DNA from: Felis catus
Taxonomy: Eukaryota
Reading direction: 5' to 3'
DNA length: 64,000 nucleotides
NCBI RefSeq assembly: GCF_018350175.1
Contig: NC_058368.1
Span: 210,368,001-210,432,000, forward strand
Below are positions 1-13,520 of the stretch, one piece after another. A program made the translations under genes and the position numbers. The notes beneath the pieces were generated by a model. The model was not told the DNA's origin. It did no database searches and worked only from the letters and a program-made list of their open reading frames with translations. Position 1 is the first letter of the stretch; each line of letters begins with the position of its first letter.

Positions 1-332
1 CAGAGTAGGGCAGTGGAAAGATGTGAGAGTGTGGGAGGACGGTCAAGAGAAGAGGAAATACAGTGCTTTAGGATGATGACTTAGAACTTGGAATATGGGA
101 GGCAACCAATATGTGCTAAGTGAATGAGAGAAAAGATGAAGGGCAGAGTCCAGGATGACAAAAGTGTAAGATATGAAAGAATTGGCTTACTTTAAATTTT
201 CAAAAAGAGCTGTGTCGTAAAGTTCTTTTGAAGCTATTGGACTGCTCGAAACAACATTGTGAAAGTTTAGGTTGTTTATGAAGAAAATCTGCCTCGTCCA
301 CATAGAGAAGGGAGAGTTAGTTCTCTAGATCT

Positions 333-545
333 GTGCTGACCAAGCTGGTAATCATTAGCCACATGAGGCTGTTGAGCATTTGCAATGTGGCTGGCGTCCC
401 ATGTTAAAATGATAATATATTGGATGTATTGAATTGAACATATTAAAATTAATTTCATCTGTTTCTCTTTACTTTTTTAATGTAGCTATTAGAAAATTTC
501 AAGGTAAATATGGGGCTTGCATTTTATTTCTGTTGGACATTGCTG
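333..545. mobile_element. hAT-Charlie MITE (MER3-like)
   Basis: ~210 bp with imperfect terminal inverted repeats (ctgtgctgaccaa ... ttggacattgctg) and the tagccacatg..gcatttgcaatgtggct motif. Confidence 0.65.
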
Positions 546-973
546 CCGTAAACTCTTATCTAATGGGAGAAAGACTCAGGCCTTTCTTGAAGAGCTTAAG
601 TTGAATACACTTTAAAGAAAATTCTAGTCAAAAACTGAGATACAGCAAGCCTGGATTCACTGTGAAACCAATGGAAACTTGATAATGAACAGTTTCACTG
701 TTTTGATACCATAGTTAAATGTTAATTTTGATTCATTTTAATTGAGTCTTTGCACTGTACCTGCTTCTGAGCTTAGATTAGCTATAAGGGATAACTTTTC
801 CTTGTTATTTTCTGTCATACTATTTATCATTTTAATTTGATTTTTAAGGAATCAAGTAGTTATCTTGCCTTACTGTTGTCTTCACAATCAAAATTCACGT
901 CCTTTATAATCTTGACTATTTTGGGGGAGTCCATAGACTGTGACCCATAAAGACCATAGAAAAGTAGACATAA

Positions 974-1123
<150 letters not shown>

Positions 1124-1399
1124 TAAGCTTTAGCTGTGTCATTTTGGCTCCAGTATTCTGAAATTTTAATAACATACCATTTGATGAGATAAGCATAAGG
1201 AAAATATTCTTTACTGCTAATAAAAACCATATTAATCAACTTTTGGTACCTTTTTATACCTTCTAATGCTTTTATATTTTAAAAATTATAGCATCCAGTG
1301 ATGGTAGTTGAAATTGCTATCTCCATAAACTACTAGTGATATTATAAACAAGAAAGAATTAAAATTGGTAGAATCTGTGAAATTTATCGTATTTAGCAA

Positions 1400-1605
1400 T
1401 AGCTACATAGCTATGACTGGGTGTCAGACACTATCCTAAGCACATTAACCATAATACTGCATTTTATGATTGTAAATCCAATTGGATTTGAATCCACAGA
1501 GGCTTAGTAACTCAACCAGAGTCACACAGCTTGCAAGTGGCAAAGTTGGGTGTTCAAATCCCAGGACTCTGGCTGTAGAATCTGTGCTTTTAGCCACTAT
1601 GCTCT
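1400..1605. mobile_element. MIR SINE fragment
   Basis: Degenerate MIR core (cagaggcttagtaactcaaccagagtcacacagcttgcaagtggcaaagttggg..ttcaaatcccagg). Confidence 0.55.
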
Positions 1606-2025
1606 GTGAAAATGATTAAACAAAAGCAAAATATCATATGCATGAAAATATGCATGAATATCATACGCGTGAAGACATTTTTGCCTACAAATAGGAAAAA
1701 CACTGGAATGTTTTATTTATACTGAACAATTAAGAATGATTATTAAATCTTCAATCCCATGATATATATATTCCCTTTCTGTTTACATCTCTCACCCTCT
1801 CATATGTGTATTCTAGGCTCCAGAAAAAGCTGTTGGTTAATTTATAATTAAGTAAATCCCTTGGGGTAATATCTTTGGAGAGTAAGTTTCTGCTTTCAGC
1901 TACTGAATAGATTTTACAAATTATGCTTACTAATTATGTAGCCACTTCCTTTTAATGTGTCCTTGTTTTTCTCTCCTCCTTTGTTATTTTTGATGCCTCA
2001 GATCATTTCTTTATCCACCTTTCAG

Positions 2026-2086
2026 GTATCAGCCTGGTGGACGATACCTCTCGATGTCTCACAGCAGAATATTCGATGATGTTTAA
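2026..2086 (+). CDS. LMBRD2: LMBRD2 last coding exon (YQPGGRYLSMSHSRIFDDV*)
   Basis: TTTCAG acceptor ending 2025, phase-compatible with the previous exon (AG|G = Arg), stop TAA at 2084-2086. Confidence 0.92.
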
Positions 2087-3042
2087 AGTCTGAAAGAATT
2101 TATGGAACAACTAACCAAGATCAACACATCAGTTCAGTCTTTACGAACATATGTATGCCCTAGAATTTACACTGTACTCTTAATGAAAAGTGTCAGGACA
2201 AAAATGGCACTGAAAGTAATCTCAGTAATCATAGTTTATTGCCTATTGATTAGAGTGTCATCTTTTCTCATAGGATTTATTACCATTCCTGAAGTGTCTG
2301 CCTTAGAAGTACAGGTGTAATGGAAGGATTCAGTTCATGATAGAAATCAGTATATGTTGAGAATATGTAGTTCAGTTTGTTTCAGGTTAATTTTTTTCAG
2401 GAAAGTTGTTTTAAAGGTCCAGGAAAGCCATAAGTCATGACTAAATAACATCATACGTCTTATTGTTGTGATTTACATTTTTGCTGTTTCTAAAGAATAT
2501 GTTAATCCTGTATTTCCCAAAGAGATGGAAACCACAAATAATAATGGTATTTTCAAAACCCATGTCTTAAAACAAGGCTTACTTACCAGACATAACTGAA
2601 TGTAGAAAGCTCTTTTTCACCTCTATATGCAAATTTTGGGGGTTTTTGCATGTGTAATTAAGATGATACTTCAACTGACAGTGTTAGTATCTTCAGCATG
2701 TGTACTATAATCAGGTGATGTATTCTTTCAGTCTTTGGTAGAAACTGGAAATTATTTTACGCTTTTGGTATTGCTTTGTAAAAGATTTTCATTTCAGGGA
2801 GAAATGTTCACCTTTATCATTTAGCATATTGACTTACGTGTTGATCTTTCCACTCAAGGAAAATCTGAAGCATTAATGGTAAATAGCAGGTGGTTTTTTT
2901 TTTAAAAGCCAAAGAGTCCCATAAAAATTCTCTAATTTTTAAAGGTGCCTATTTATGCTTTTTGAAAAATAACATTTGGTTATTAAAAGGTAAAAAAAAA
3001 ATAGTTATTATTAACACCTAAATTGTGGTTCATATTTCAATC

Positions 3043-3249
3043 TTTTTAAATTTTTTTAAAATTTATTTTTGTGAGAGAGACACAGCATGTGCAGGGGAGG
3101 GGCAGAGAGAGAGGGAGACACACAATCTGAGGCAGGCTCCAGGCTCTGAGCTGTCAGCACAGAGCCTGACGCAGGGCTGGAACACTGGAACCATGAGATC
3201 ATGACCTGAGCTGCAGTCGGACAACTGACCGAGCCACCCAGGTGCCCCT
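3043..3249 (-). mobile_element. Can-SINE (SINEC_Fc type) in LMBRD2 3'UTR
   Basis: Poly-T, (GA)n, and reverse complement of the GGGGCACCTGGGTGGCTCGG head; degenerate TSD aaat(t/g)gtggtt(c/t)ata. Confidence 0.9.
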
Positions 3250-3884
3250 AAATGGTGGTTTATAGAGTGGAAATGTGCAATAACTTCGTTAAACATGCTT
3301 ATTATTTAAAAAAAAAAAATTAACTTTTGTGTTTAAGCCAAAGTTACGTATTGCATTTTAAATCATCAGTGTTTTATTGCACAATGAATACTGTACTGTT
3401 GAGCACAGCATGCTACAGAGGGTTTTTTATGTCCCTGAAATGGTTGCAATTCAGAGACCCCTGCTATGGATTCACCCAGTGGTGACTGTTCTTGAGCTTG
3501 CCCACGACAGCCTCAGGTTAACACCTGTTAATTCTGTGTAATTGTTAATTGTGCTCACTTTCACTCTTAGATATCCCAGTTTGAAAATGAATTCTATAGT
3601 CACCCTAACGATATGATTATATGTTTCTTGAAGGTAATCCTCCCTTGAATCATAATTTTAAATTTTTTATTTTGCTGTTAGTATTACCATGTAATTTTTT
3701 TAAAGACAGTTCTATGCAGATACTGAAAGGAATAGTATATCATCCTAATTATCTGATTTTTTTTCAATTTTTATGATCTTTGAGGTTAGGCCCCCTTTAA
3801 AATAATTTTATTTTCAAAGGTCTCAAAAGTCAAAGATCATTTAGACTGCCCATTTGAGAACACACACAACCTTTCATTGTAAAG

Positions 3885-4090
3885 TGTGGTTAGTGAGCTA
3901 TGGGCCAGGAGCAGAGATAATTCAGTACTGTTTGTAGTTTCATGATCGACCATTGAATACCTTGGGCAAATTATGTAACCTTTCAGTGCCTCAATTTCTT
4001 CATTTGTGAAATGAAGATGATACTTGCTATTTACCTACTGATCTACCTCACAAAACTATTGTGAGGGTATTCAGTTGATGTTTGTATGCT
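3885..4090. mobile_element. MIR SINE fragment
   Basis: Core ccttgggcaaattatgtaacctttcagtgcctcaatttcttcatttgtgaaatg. Confidence 0.6.
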
Positions 4091-5289
4091 GGAGTTAAAA
4101 ACAAAACAAAATAAGTTGTTAGCTGTGCTATTTTTCCTAGTGGTACTTGAAGGTGTTGGGTGGAGAAATGATCAGCCCAGAGAGGGGTTCAGTTTCTTAT
4201 TATTACAGAGAAGCTTATAAGTCCCCAAAGCAAAACAGTTTTTAGAATAGTTTATCAAAAGTCCTGTGAAAATAATATTTTTGTATTTTTCATCTTTGGG
4301 TTTACCCTGAAATATTTTCCTTAAGTATAATGTTGTTTCTCATCAGGTTTTGTCGTGAAACCCAGATGCTGTAGGAGAAGTAGAAGCAGAAAAAGAGGAG
4401 AAATTACGCAGTCACTTCTGTAACTTATAATGCCCTAAAATAGATTGATAGGAATATGTAGGGGAATGTACTACTTTCCTTTATTATTAAAATTGTTATG
4501 ATTATAGTAATTGAAGTATATGTAATACTTCACAAACAATATAGCTCCCTTTGTGACTTTTTGTTACTCTCCAAATGATTTTTGGTTGTTTAAGTGATCT
4601 AGACTGTTCAACTTTTTAAGCAGAATTTATCTTACAGGATTTTACGGCGTTACCTGACTGGGTAAATTTGAGTTCATAAGGTAATGATTTAACCCCTGAA
4701 GAATAAAGAGTTTATTGCTGGAGAACTAAGTTAATATTTGTTAAGCCACCTTGTGTAAAAAACTGGAGTACGAACAAAAGTCTTTTGGGGGAAGCTTATG
4801 CAAAACATTACTGCTAAATTCAGATACTGTAAATGCAGAGTAATTTCCTGAAGAATTACTTCTGACAATTAGCTTTTGATGTCTTTCTTATAAAATAATA
4901 GATAACTGATTACACTTTTAAAATTATTTTTGTAAATAATCGTTAGGATATTCAGTAAACCAGTAATTCAAATAGCCATTGCAGAAAATAATAATAATTT
5001 ATTAATTTCATGAATCACCTGTAAGTTGCTAATTAACTTTTGTTACATCAATAGAGCATTTTTATAAAAAGCATTATTAAAATAAGACATAAGGGATAAG
5101 CCTAATTACTAGAATTTGCTCTCTTTCCAAATGAATACAGGGCTGTGGAATAATTGCAACACAAAAGAGGCCCTCATTTCACAAGAGTGGTAAGAGCTAA
5201 ATTAAAACTTTCAAGGATTTTCCATTTATAAAAAATAGATTGGAAAATTAGACAACCCATACCATCAAAAAATGCTGTGAGTTGATTTG

Positions 5290-5507
5290 TTGTTTGTTTT
5301 TTTTTTTTTAAACATTTATTTATTTTTGAGACAGAGAGAGCATGAACAGGGGAGGGTCAGAGAAAGAAGGAGACACAGAATCTGAAACAGGCTCCAGGCT
5401 CTGAGCTGTCAGCACAGAGCCCGATGCGGGGCTCGAACCCACGGACCGTGAGATCATGACCTGAGCCGAAGTCGGACGCTTAACTGACTGAGCCACCCAG
5501 GCGCCCC
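5290..5507 (-). mobile_element. Can-SINE (SINEC_Fc type) in LMBRD2 3'UTR
   Basis: Full head, body and tail; TSD agttgatttg at 5280-5289 and 5508-5517. Confidence 0.92.
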
Positions 5508-8231
5508 AGTTGATTTGGTTTTGAATTCTATTTGATTAGAGTATCACTTCTGAAATTTACACTGGTTGTGTACCCAAATGAAATTAAATGTGGAGAGGAA
5601 AGTCGATTTGTGTTTTTTTTTTTTTTTTTAAAGTATACTTCAGCATACGAATGAAAGAATTTAATTTATGTGCAATAACAAACCTCATTTTTTATCTTGT
5701 AATAGATTCAGGGAATGTTCTTGGTTGTGTGTTGATTACCATCTTAAAGGAAAAACAAACTCTCCCTTATTATAATTTACACTGTTCAGTAATGTTGAGT
5801 TTTGTACTTGTGATTTGAATGGACCATGACTGAAAATCATAAGGATAAGTGTATTTGCACTAAAAAGGCAAAACATGTCCCTGAAAGATCTTAACATACT
5901 TGAATCTCTGAAGTGTAATGGATCACATTACATTAAATTCTAAATGTTGAGAAGTAAATAGATTTAGAGTTTTATCTTTCCTTTCTTTACTTCCTCCCTT
6001 CCTCATTCCTTTTTTACCTGAGGCCTCTCTTTATAGTGTGATTTTTAATGTACTGACAGATTTTTTTTCTGTTTTGTGTACACAGTTGTTTCTGATGATC
6101 TGTACACTCAAAAGGAACTAGTTCTGATGCCAGATCCCACTACTTGAATAGCAATGTTGCACCTAAAGTAGTGAAACAGATTTTTCTAGACAACTAAGCA
6201 GCATCTGAATGTGAATGTGATGTAAGCTGGCTTGGTGTGTTGTCTTTAGGTCACTAAGGAGGGCACTTCATTAAAATGACTTATTTTCAGTGTAATGTTT
6301 TGGCATAAAAATGGATTTCCAAAACCAGTGATTGTTAAAAACAAAACAAAACCCCCAAAAAGATTTAGAGCCTTGAGGTATCTTTTTATGAAAAGAAACT
6401 CATAAATAACCTACGTCATTGGCAAAGTTTTCATTAGAAGAGGTTGGAACACTACATGAGGGTTTACAGGAGGCCTTCTAAAATATGAATTCCTTCGATG
6501 TAGGGTACTTCTTCCCAAAGGACTTTTTTCCTGCTCAGAGAGCTGGAAGACCAAGGCATGTCATCCCCTATCCCAATTCCTGAGGACCAGGTCCTGTGAT
6601 CATCTCCCCCAGCAGAGCAGGCACGAGCCTTGCCCCATCTGAGTGCCATCAGTGGGAGCATGACCTCACCTCTAATTCCTTTCACGCTCAGCCTGGTCTT
6701 CCTAAAATTTTATTGTCAAAAGATTTGTCTGTTGAGGTTGATTCAAACCTTGCTGTAATTTTTAATTTGTTGATAAAGCAAGAATATTGGCATGTTCCTC
6801 TTCTCATTGATATTCTAAGAGACATTTGTTTTTAACACACTCCCTGGGGATAATCAACTTTTTTTTTTTTTTCCTCCTGAAAATCTTTTCCTTTTGTGGT
6901 TATCTTGATCTCCCGTCATTTTCGAAAATATTTTTTCTGTACTTAGTGCAAAAGAGTAGAAAGAGTGGTTTACTATGGCAGACATAATGTAAGGGAAAGT
7001 CATAATTTATTAATCTGACTATACAACACAATTTTGAATTGATATTATTGATGAAAATCGTATCAACCTAGTCAGTTAGAGCTGTTTGTCTCAAAAGAGT
7101 GCTGGCTAGCATCTTCCTGACTTAGTACACCAAGTTGTAGGGGAGAGACTGTGTATTTATTTTATTAAAAGCAATCCAATGGATTTGTTTTTGTCCATAC
7201 TTTGAAAACAGCCTGAAGGATTTTTCTCATCTTAGAAGGTAGAGAACATGTGGACGTGTCTTTTAAATTACTGTAATCTAATATATATTTATAAATTATA
7301 TAGCATTGAAACAAGAGCTCTAATATTGATGTTGTTACTTTCTGATATTTAATTTTTATAAAATGTTTTTCTAGTAACTAATTGTAGTGCTTTTAAGTAG
7401 TTTAAAAATCTTTCTCAAATAAGTTCTACCCACATCCTGTTTACTTAGGGCAGTATTCTGAAGTTCAGTCCAGTGTGAATTTGAAATATTCCTTCATCCC
7501 TTCAGTGTCTTTTTATAACTAACAGTACCCAAGCAAAGTATACCAAAAGCTCAATTCCTGTGTTGCATTAATAAAGTGCTTGTTCTTTAATTCAGTGGGT
7601 TAGGGGAAATGGAAGATAGGTTTTTCTCAAGTGTGCATCTGATAATTTTTCTAAATGTTCGTTATGTTGACTTTTGGTGCATGATGCCAAATTTATCTTT
7701 AATCAGCCATTACTACCTGATATGTAATGACAAATGTTTTCCTATCTGACCAATGGGTTGTGGATTTAACTATTTTTCTCTGCATATTCTCACTACATTT
7801 TCAAATATGTATGTGGAAAAAGCTACAAAGTGCTACCTATACGTGAGTTAGCATCTTTGGCCTTATCTGTGCATAATGTTCTCTCAGTTTGGTTTTGACA
7901 AACTCGTGGACTTGCAGTTGCTTTGTAGTATTTTAACTTATTGTGATGTAATGAATTTTTTGAAATGTTTATTTGATTAGCTATTAAAATATAGGAAATT
8001 ATGTAGCTTTGCATGAAATAAAGTACATTTCTACAAGTTCCTAAGAATTTTGCAGATTATGTGTTTGATTTCATACCATCTTTTCATACTATCCTAAGAG
8101 ATTAAACTCTTAAGGAGCCTGAAGCTTTCTTTGTTTCTTACAAATATATTAACAGGTATTACAAACAAAATATTTTAAGATAAATAATTAAATGTACTTT
8201 AGGTTCTACATTACTTTGTCCTGTACTTTGA

Positions 8232-8413
8232 CATTTATTTTTGAGAGAAAGAACATGAGTGGGAGAGGGGCAGAGAGAAGGAGACTCAGAATCTGAAGCC
8301 GGCTTCGGGGTCTGAGCTGTCAGCACAGAGCCCAACATGGGGCTCAGACCCATGAACTGTGAGATCATGACCTGAGCCAAAGTTGGTTGCTAAACCTAAA
8401 TTTAGGCGCCCCT
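8232..8413 (-). mobile_element. Can-SINE
   Basis: Typical ctgagctgtcagcacagagccc...gagatcatgacctgagcc body. Confidence 0.88.
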
Positions 8414-10046
8414 AAAATAAGTAACTGTTATAAAAATTAGAAGTCAATGAAATTTAAAGCAGGAAAACAATAAGGAAAATCAACAAACCAAAAGCTGGGT
8501 GCTTGAAAATATCAATAAAATTGGTGAAACCATAGCTAGGCTAAGAAAAGAGAGTTGTTTTCCTTTATAAATTGAAGTTTGAAATTAAAATGCCATTTAG
8601 GAACAAGACAGGGATGCCCACTTTCACCATTGTTATTTAACATAGTACTGGAAGTCCTAAACTCAGCAATCAGACAACAAAAAGTAAAAGGACATACAAA
8701 TCAGCAAGGAAGAAGCCAAACTTTCACTATTTGCAGATGACATGATACTCTATGTAAAAAACCTGAAAGACTCCACCAAAAAATTACTAGAACTGATACA
8801 TGAATTTAACAAAGTCGCAGGATATAAAATCAATCTACAGAAATCTGTTGCATTTCTATACACCAATAATGAAGCAGCAGAAAGAGAAATTAGGGAATCA
8901 ATCCCATTTACAATTGGACCAAAAACCATAAGATTCCTAGGAATAAACCCAACCAAAGAGGTAAGAGATCTGTACTCTGAAAAATTATAGAACACTTCTG
9001 AAAGAAATTGAAGAGGACACAAAGAAATGGAAAAGCATTCCATGCTTGTGGATTGGAAGAACAAATATTATTTAAAATGTCTATACTACCCAAAGCAATC
9101 TACACATTTAGTGCAATCCCTATCAAAATACCACCAGCACTCTTCCCAAAAATAGAACAAGCAATCCTAAAATTTGTATGAAACCACAAAAGACCCCAAA
9201 TAGACCCCAAATAGCCAAAGCAATCTTGAGAAAGAAAAGCAAAGCTGGAGGCATCACAAGTCCAGACTTCAAACTACAATACAAAGTTGTATTCATCAAG
9301 ACAGTATGGTACTGGCACAAAAACAGACATATAGATCAGAAGAACAGAATAGAAAACCCAGAAATGGACCCACAACTATATAGTCAACTCGTCTTCGACA
9401 AGCAGGAAAGAACATCCGATGGAAAAAAGTCTCTTCAACAAATGGTGTTGGGAAAACTGGACCACACTATTCACAAAAATAAATTCAAAATGGATGAAAC
9501 ATCTAAATATGAGACAGGAAACCATCAAAATCCTAGAGGAGAACACAGGTAGTAACTGCTTTGACCTTAGCTGTAACAACTTTTTACTAGACACAACTCC
9601 TGAAGCAAGGGAAACAAAAGCAAAGATGAACTATTAGGACTTCATTCGTTAAGATTAGAAGCTTCTACACAGCAAAGGAAACAATCGACAAAACTAAAAG
9701 GCAGCCTACAGAGTGGGAGAAGATGTTTGCAAATGATATATCTCATAAAGGATTAGTATCTAAAATCTATAAAGAACTTACCAAACTCAACACCCAAAAA
9801 ACAACTCAGTTAAGAAATGGGCAGAAGACATGAACAGGCATCCAAAGAAGACATCCAGATGACTGACAGAAACATAAAAATGTAAACTGGTGCAGCCACT
9901 CTGGAAAACAATGGCGATTTCCCAAAAAGTTAAAAATAGAAGTACCCTATGACCCAGTAATTGCACCACTAGGTATTTTACCCAAAAGATACAAAAATAC
10001 AGATTCAAAGGCGTATATGCACCCCGATGTTTATAGCAGCATTATC

Positions 10047-11172
10047 TTATTTATTTATTTAATGTAATTTATTGTTAAATTGGCTTCCATACAACACCCA
10101 ATGCTCATCCCAACAAATGCCCTCATCAATGCCCATCACCCACTTTCCCCTCTCTTCCATTCCCCCCTGCCCCATCAAACCTCAGTTTGTTCTATTTAAG
10201 AGTCTCTTACAGTTTGCCTCCCTCCGTCTAGGTTTGTAACTATTTTTCCCCCTTCCCTTCCCACCCCCCCACCATGATCTTCTGTTAAGTTTCTCAAGAT
10301 CCACGTATAAATGGAAACATGGTATCTGTCTTTCTCTGACTTATTTCACTTAGCATAATACCGTCCAGTTCCATTCATGTTGCTGTAAATGGCAGGATTT
10401 TATTCTTTCTCATTGCCAAGTAGTATTTCATTGTATATATAAACCACATCTTCCTTACCCATTCATCAGTTGATGGACATTTAGGCTCTTTCCATAATTT
10501 GGCTATTGTTGAAAGCACTGCTATAAACATCGGGGTACATGTGCCCCTATGCATCAGCACTCCTGTGTCCATCCTTTGGGTAAATTCCTAGCAGTGTGCT
10601 ATTGGGTCATAGGGTAATTCTAATTTTTTTGAGAAACCTCCATACTGTTTTCCAGAGCGGCTGCACCAGTTTGCATTCCTACCAGCAGTGCAAGAGGGTT
10701 CTTGTTTCCCCACATCCTCGCCAGCATCTGTAGTCTTCTGATTTGTTCATTTTAGCCACTCTGATCAATGTGAGATACCAGTGGTATCTCAGTGTGGCTT
10801 TGATTTGTATTTCCCTGATGATGAGTGACATTGAGCATCGTTTCATGTGTCTGTTGGCCATCTGGATGTCTTCTTTGTAAAAGTGTCTATTCATGACTTC
10901 TGCCCATTTCTTTACTGGATTATTTGTTTTTCGGGTGTGGAGTTTGGTGAGTTCTTTATAGATTTTGGACACTATCCCTTTATCCAATATGCCATTTGCA
11001 AATATCTTTTCCCATTCCATTGGTTGCCTTTTAGTTTTGTTGATTGTTTCCTTTGCAGTACAGAAGCTTTTTATCTTGATGAGGTCCCAATAGTTCAGTT
11101 TTGCTTTTAATTCCCTTGCCTTTGGAGATGTGTCAAGTAAGAAATTGCTGCGGCTGAGGTCAAAGAGGTTGT
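10047..11172 (-). mobile_element. Nested antisense 5'-truncated L1 (L1_Fc-like 3' end)
   Basis: ORF2 C-terminal peptides on the minus strand, (TTTA)n tail at 10047, perfect 19-bp TSD tgtttatagcagcattatc at 10028-10046 and 11173-11191. Confidence 0.93.
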
Positions 11173-11647
11173 TGTTTATAGCAGCATTATCAACAATAGC
11201 CAAACTGTGGAGAGAGTCCAGATGTCTATCATCTGATGGATGGATAAAGATGTGGTGTATATATGTATACACGCATACCCACAATGGAATATTACTCAGC
11301 CATTAAAAGAATGAAATCTTGCATTTGCAACGACATGAATAGAGCTAGAGTGTGTTATGCTAAGCAAAATAAAATCAGAGGAAGACAAATACTCATATGT
11401 GGAATTTACAACGTGAACATAAGGAAAGGGAAGGAAAAATAAGATAAAAATAGAAAGGGAGGCAAACCACAAGAGACTCATGTATAGAAAAACAGAGTTG
11501 ATGGAGAGAGGTGGGTGGGGAATGGGCTAAATGAGTGATGGGTATTAAGGAGGGCACTTGTGATGAGCACTAGATGTTATATGTAAGTGATGAATCATTA
11601 AGTTCTACACCTGAAACCCATTTTACCATCTGTATTAAATAGAAGTT

Positions 11648-11861
11648 ATTTTTAAAACAATTTTAACATTCATTTTTCAGAGACAGAGACAGAGCATGAG
11701 TGGGGGAGAGGCAGAGAGAGAGGGAGACACAGAATCCGAAGCAGGCTCCAGGCTCTGAGCTGTCAGCACAGAGCCTGACACGGGGCTCAAACTCGTGAAC
11801 CGCAAGATTATGACCTGAGCTGAGGTTGGACGCTTAACGGACTGAGCCACCCAGGCACCCC
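11648..11861 (-). mobile_element. Can-SINE inserted in L1 3' end
   Basis: Full body; degenerate TSD tg(t/c)attaa(a/g)tagaa. Confidence 0.9.
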
Positions 11862-11913
11862 TGCATTAAGTAGAATTTAAATAAAAGTTTTAAATAAAAA
11901 ACAATACCATTTA

Positions 11914-13200
11914 TACTAGTCCTAGTAAATGCAATTTAAGACAAGTAAAGGCAATAAAAGATACACAGATTTGGAAGGAAGAAATGAAGCTGTCTTTGTT
12001 AGCAGATGACATGGTGTCTATGTAGAAAATCTAAAAGAATTGACAAAAAAGCCCTCCTGTAATAAGTGATTATTATAGCAAGTTTGCAGGGTATAAAGTC
12101 AATATGCAAAAGTCAGTCACTTTCCCATATAGCCAATGGAGAAGTGAAATTTAAATTAAAAACACAATACCATTTACATTAGCACACCCCAAGATGAGCT
12201 ATTTAGGTATAAATCTGACAAAGTATATATGAGATGTATATGAGGAAAAGTACAAAACTGATGAAAGAAATTAAGGAACTAAATAACTGGAGAGATTCCA
12301 TATCATGGAGAGAAGAGTCAACACTCTCAAGATGTCAGTTCTTCCCAACCTATAGAGTCAATGCAATCCCAATAAAAATTCCAATAAATTATTCTGTGGA
12401 TATTGACAAACTAATTCCAAAGTTTATATGCTGAAGCAAGAGACCCAGAAAAGCCAACACAATGTTGAAGAAGAACAAAAGTCAGAGAATTGACACTACC
12501 CAACTTCAAAACTTACTATGCAGCTACAGTAATCAAAACATTGTGGGATTGACAAAAGACTAGACAGATGAGTTAAACACAATAGAAAGCCCATAAATAG
12601 ACCCACATATAGACAATTGATCTTTGACAAAGGAATGAAGGTACTTCAATGGAGGAAGGATAGTCTTTTCAGCAAATGATGCTGAAACAACTGAATAGCC
12701 ACATGCAAAAAAAAAAAAAAAAATCTAGACACTGCTGACTTTACATTTTTCACAAAAATTAACTCAAAATGAATCATAAATCTGAAACTGTAACTAAACT
12801 ATAAAACTTCTAGAAGATAACAGAAAACAGGTGGCTTTGGGCTTGGCAATGAATATATATATCACACAAAAATGTGTATGTGCACAAGAAAACATACAAT
12901 ATAATATACAATATAATCATAGCAGCATTATTCATAATAGCCTCAGCCATAAACAGTTCAATAAACAGAATAGATTTATTTATCCAACATGATGGATATG
13001 TACATAAAAAACAAATGAAAATGAGTTAATTGCAGCTATGCAACAACATAGATGAAACAAAATGTGTATCAAAAGAAGGTAGACGTGAAAAAGTAATATA
13101 GTGTGATTACACTCAGACAAACTTCAAAAGCAGCCAAAACCAAGTATAGTAAAAACATGAATGCTTTGTAGTAAAACCATAAGAAAATTAAGGAAGAAAT
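11914..13200 (+). mobile_element. Older degenerate L1 (ORF2/3' fragments)
   Basis: Decayed ORF2 motifs (gcagatgacatg; YRVNAIPIKIP; gatctttgacaaagg) with many stops. A fragment at ~8415-8550 may belong to the same element. Confidence 0.75.
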
Positions 13201-13315
13201 AACCATAGATGTTAGACTATTGCTTAACTTTGAGGAGGAGGAAGGGATTAGTGATTGAAGTGCAGCGCAAGAGAAGCTTCTGCATTGCCTGTGTTCTCTT
13301 TGTAGAGTGGCACTT

Positions 13316-13520
13316 ATTTTTATTTTTTAATATTTACTGATTTTGAGGAGAGCCCAAGTGGGGATGGGGGCAGAGAGAGGGGAACAGGGGATCTGAAGTG
13401 GGCTCTGCACTGACAGGCTGACAGCAGAGAGCCTGATGTGGGGCCTGAACTCAGGAACCATGAGATCATGACCAGGGCCAAAGTCAGACACTCAACCGAC
13501 TGAGCCACCCAAGTGCCCCT
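13316..13520 (-). mobile_element. Can-SINE
   Basis: Full body; TSD tgtagagtggca on both sides. Confidence 0.9.

Larger units (their letters stand above)
2087..8045 (+). other. LMBRD2: Probable long 3'UTR of LMBRD2 with poly(A) signals AATAAA at 7570-7575 and 8017-8022
   Basis: AT-rich, repeat-poor sequence after the stop. AATAAA at 8017 is followed by a GT/T-rich tract, and dense L1/SINE sequence begins shortly after. The end point is inferred. Confidence 0.6.
8600..11900 (+). mobile_element. 5'-truncated LINE-1 (ORF2 RT region to 3' end), disrupted, hosting nested insertions
   Basis: ORF2 peptides (LFADDMILY.., [15 protein letters not shown].., [11 protein letters not shown]); 3' end resumes at 11173 after the nested L1; possible TSD aat(g/a)ccattta at 8589-8599 and 11903-11913. 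Confidence 0.9.

Noticed and set aside
10679..11284. 201-aa ORF on the minus strand
   Set aside because: Chance fusion across the junction of the host L1 (antisense frame) and the nested L1 ORF2; not a gene.
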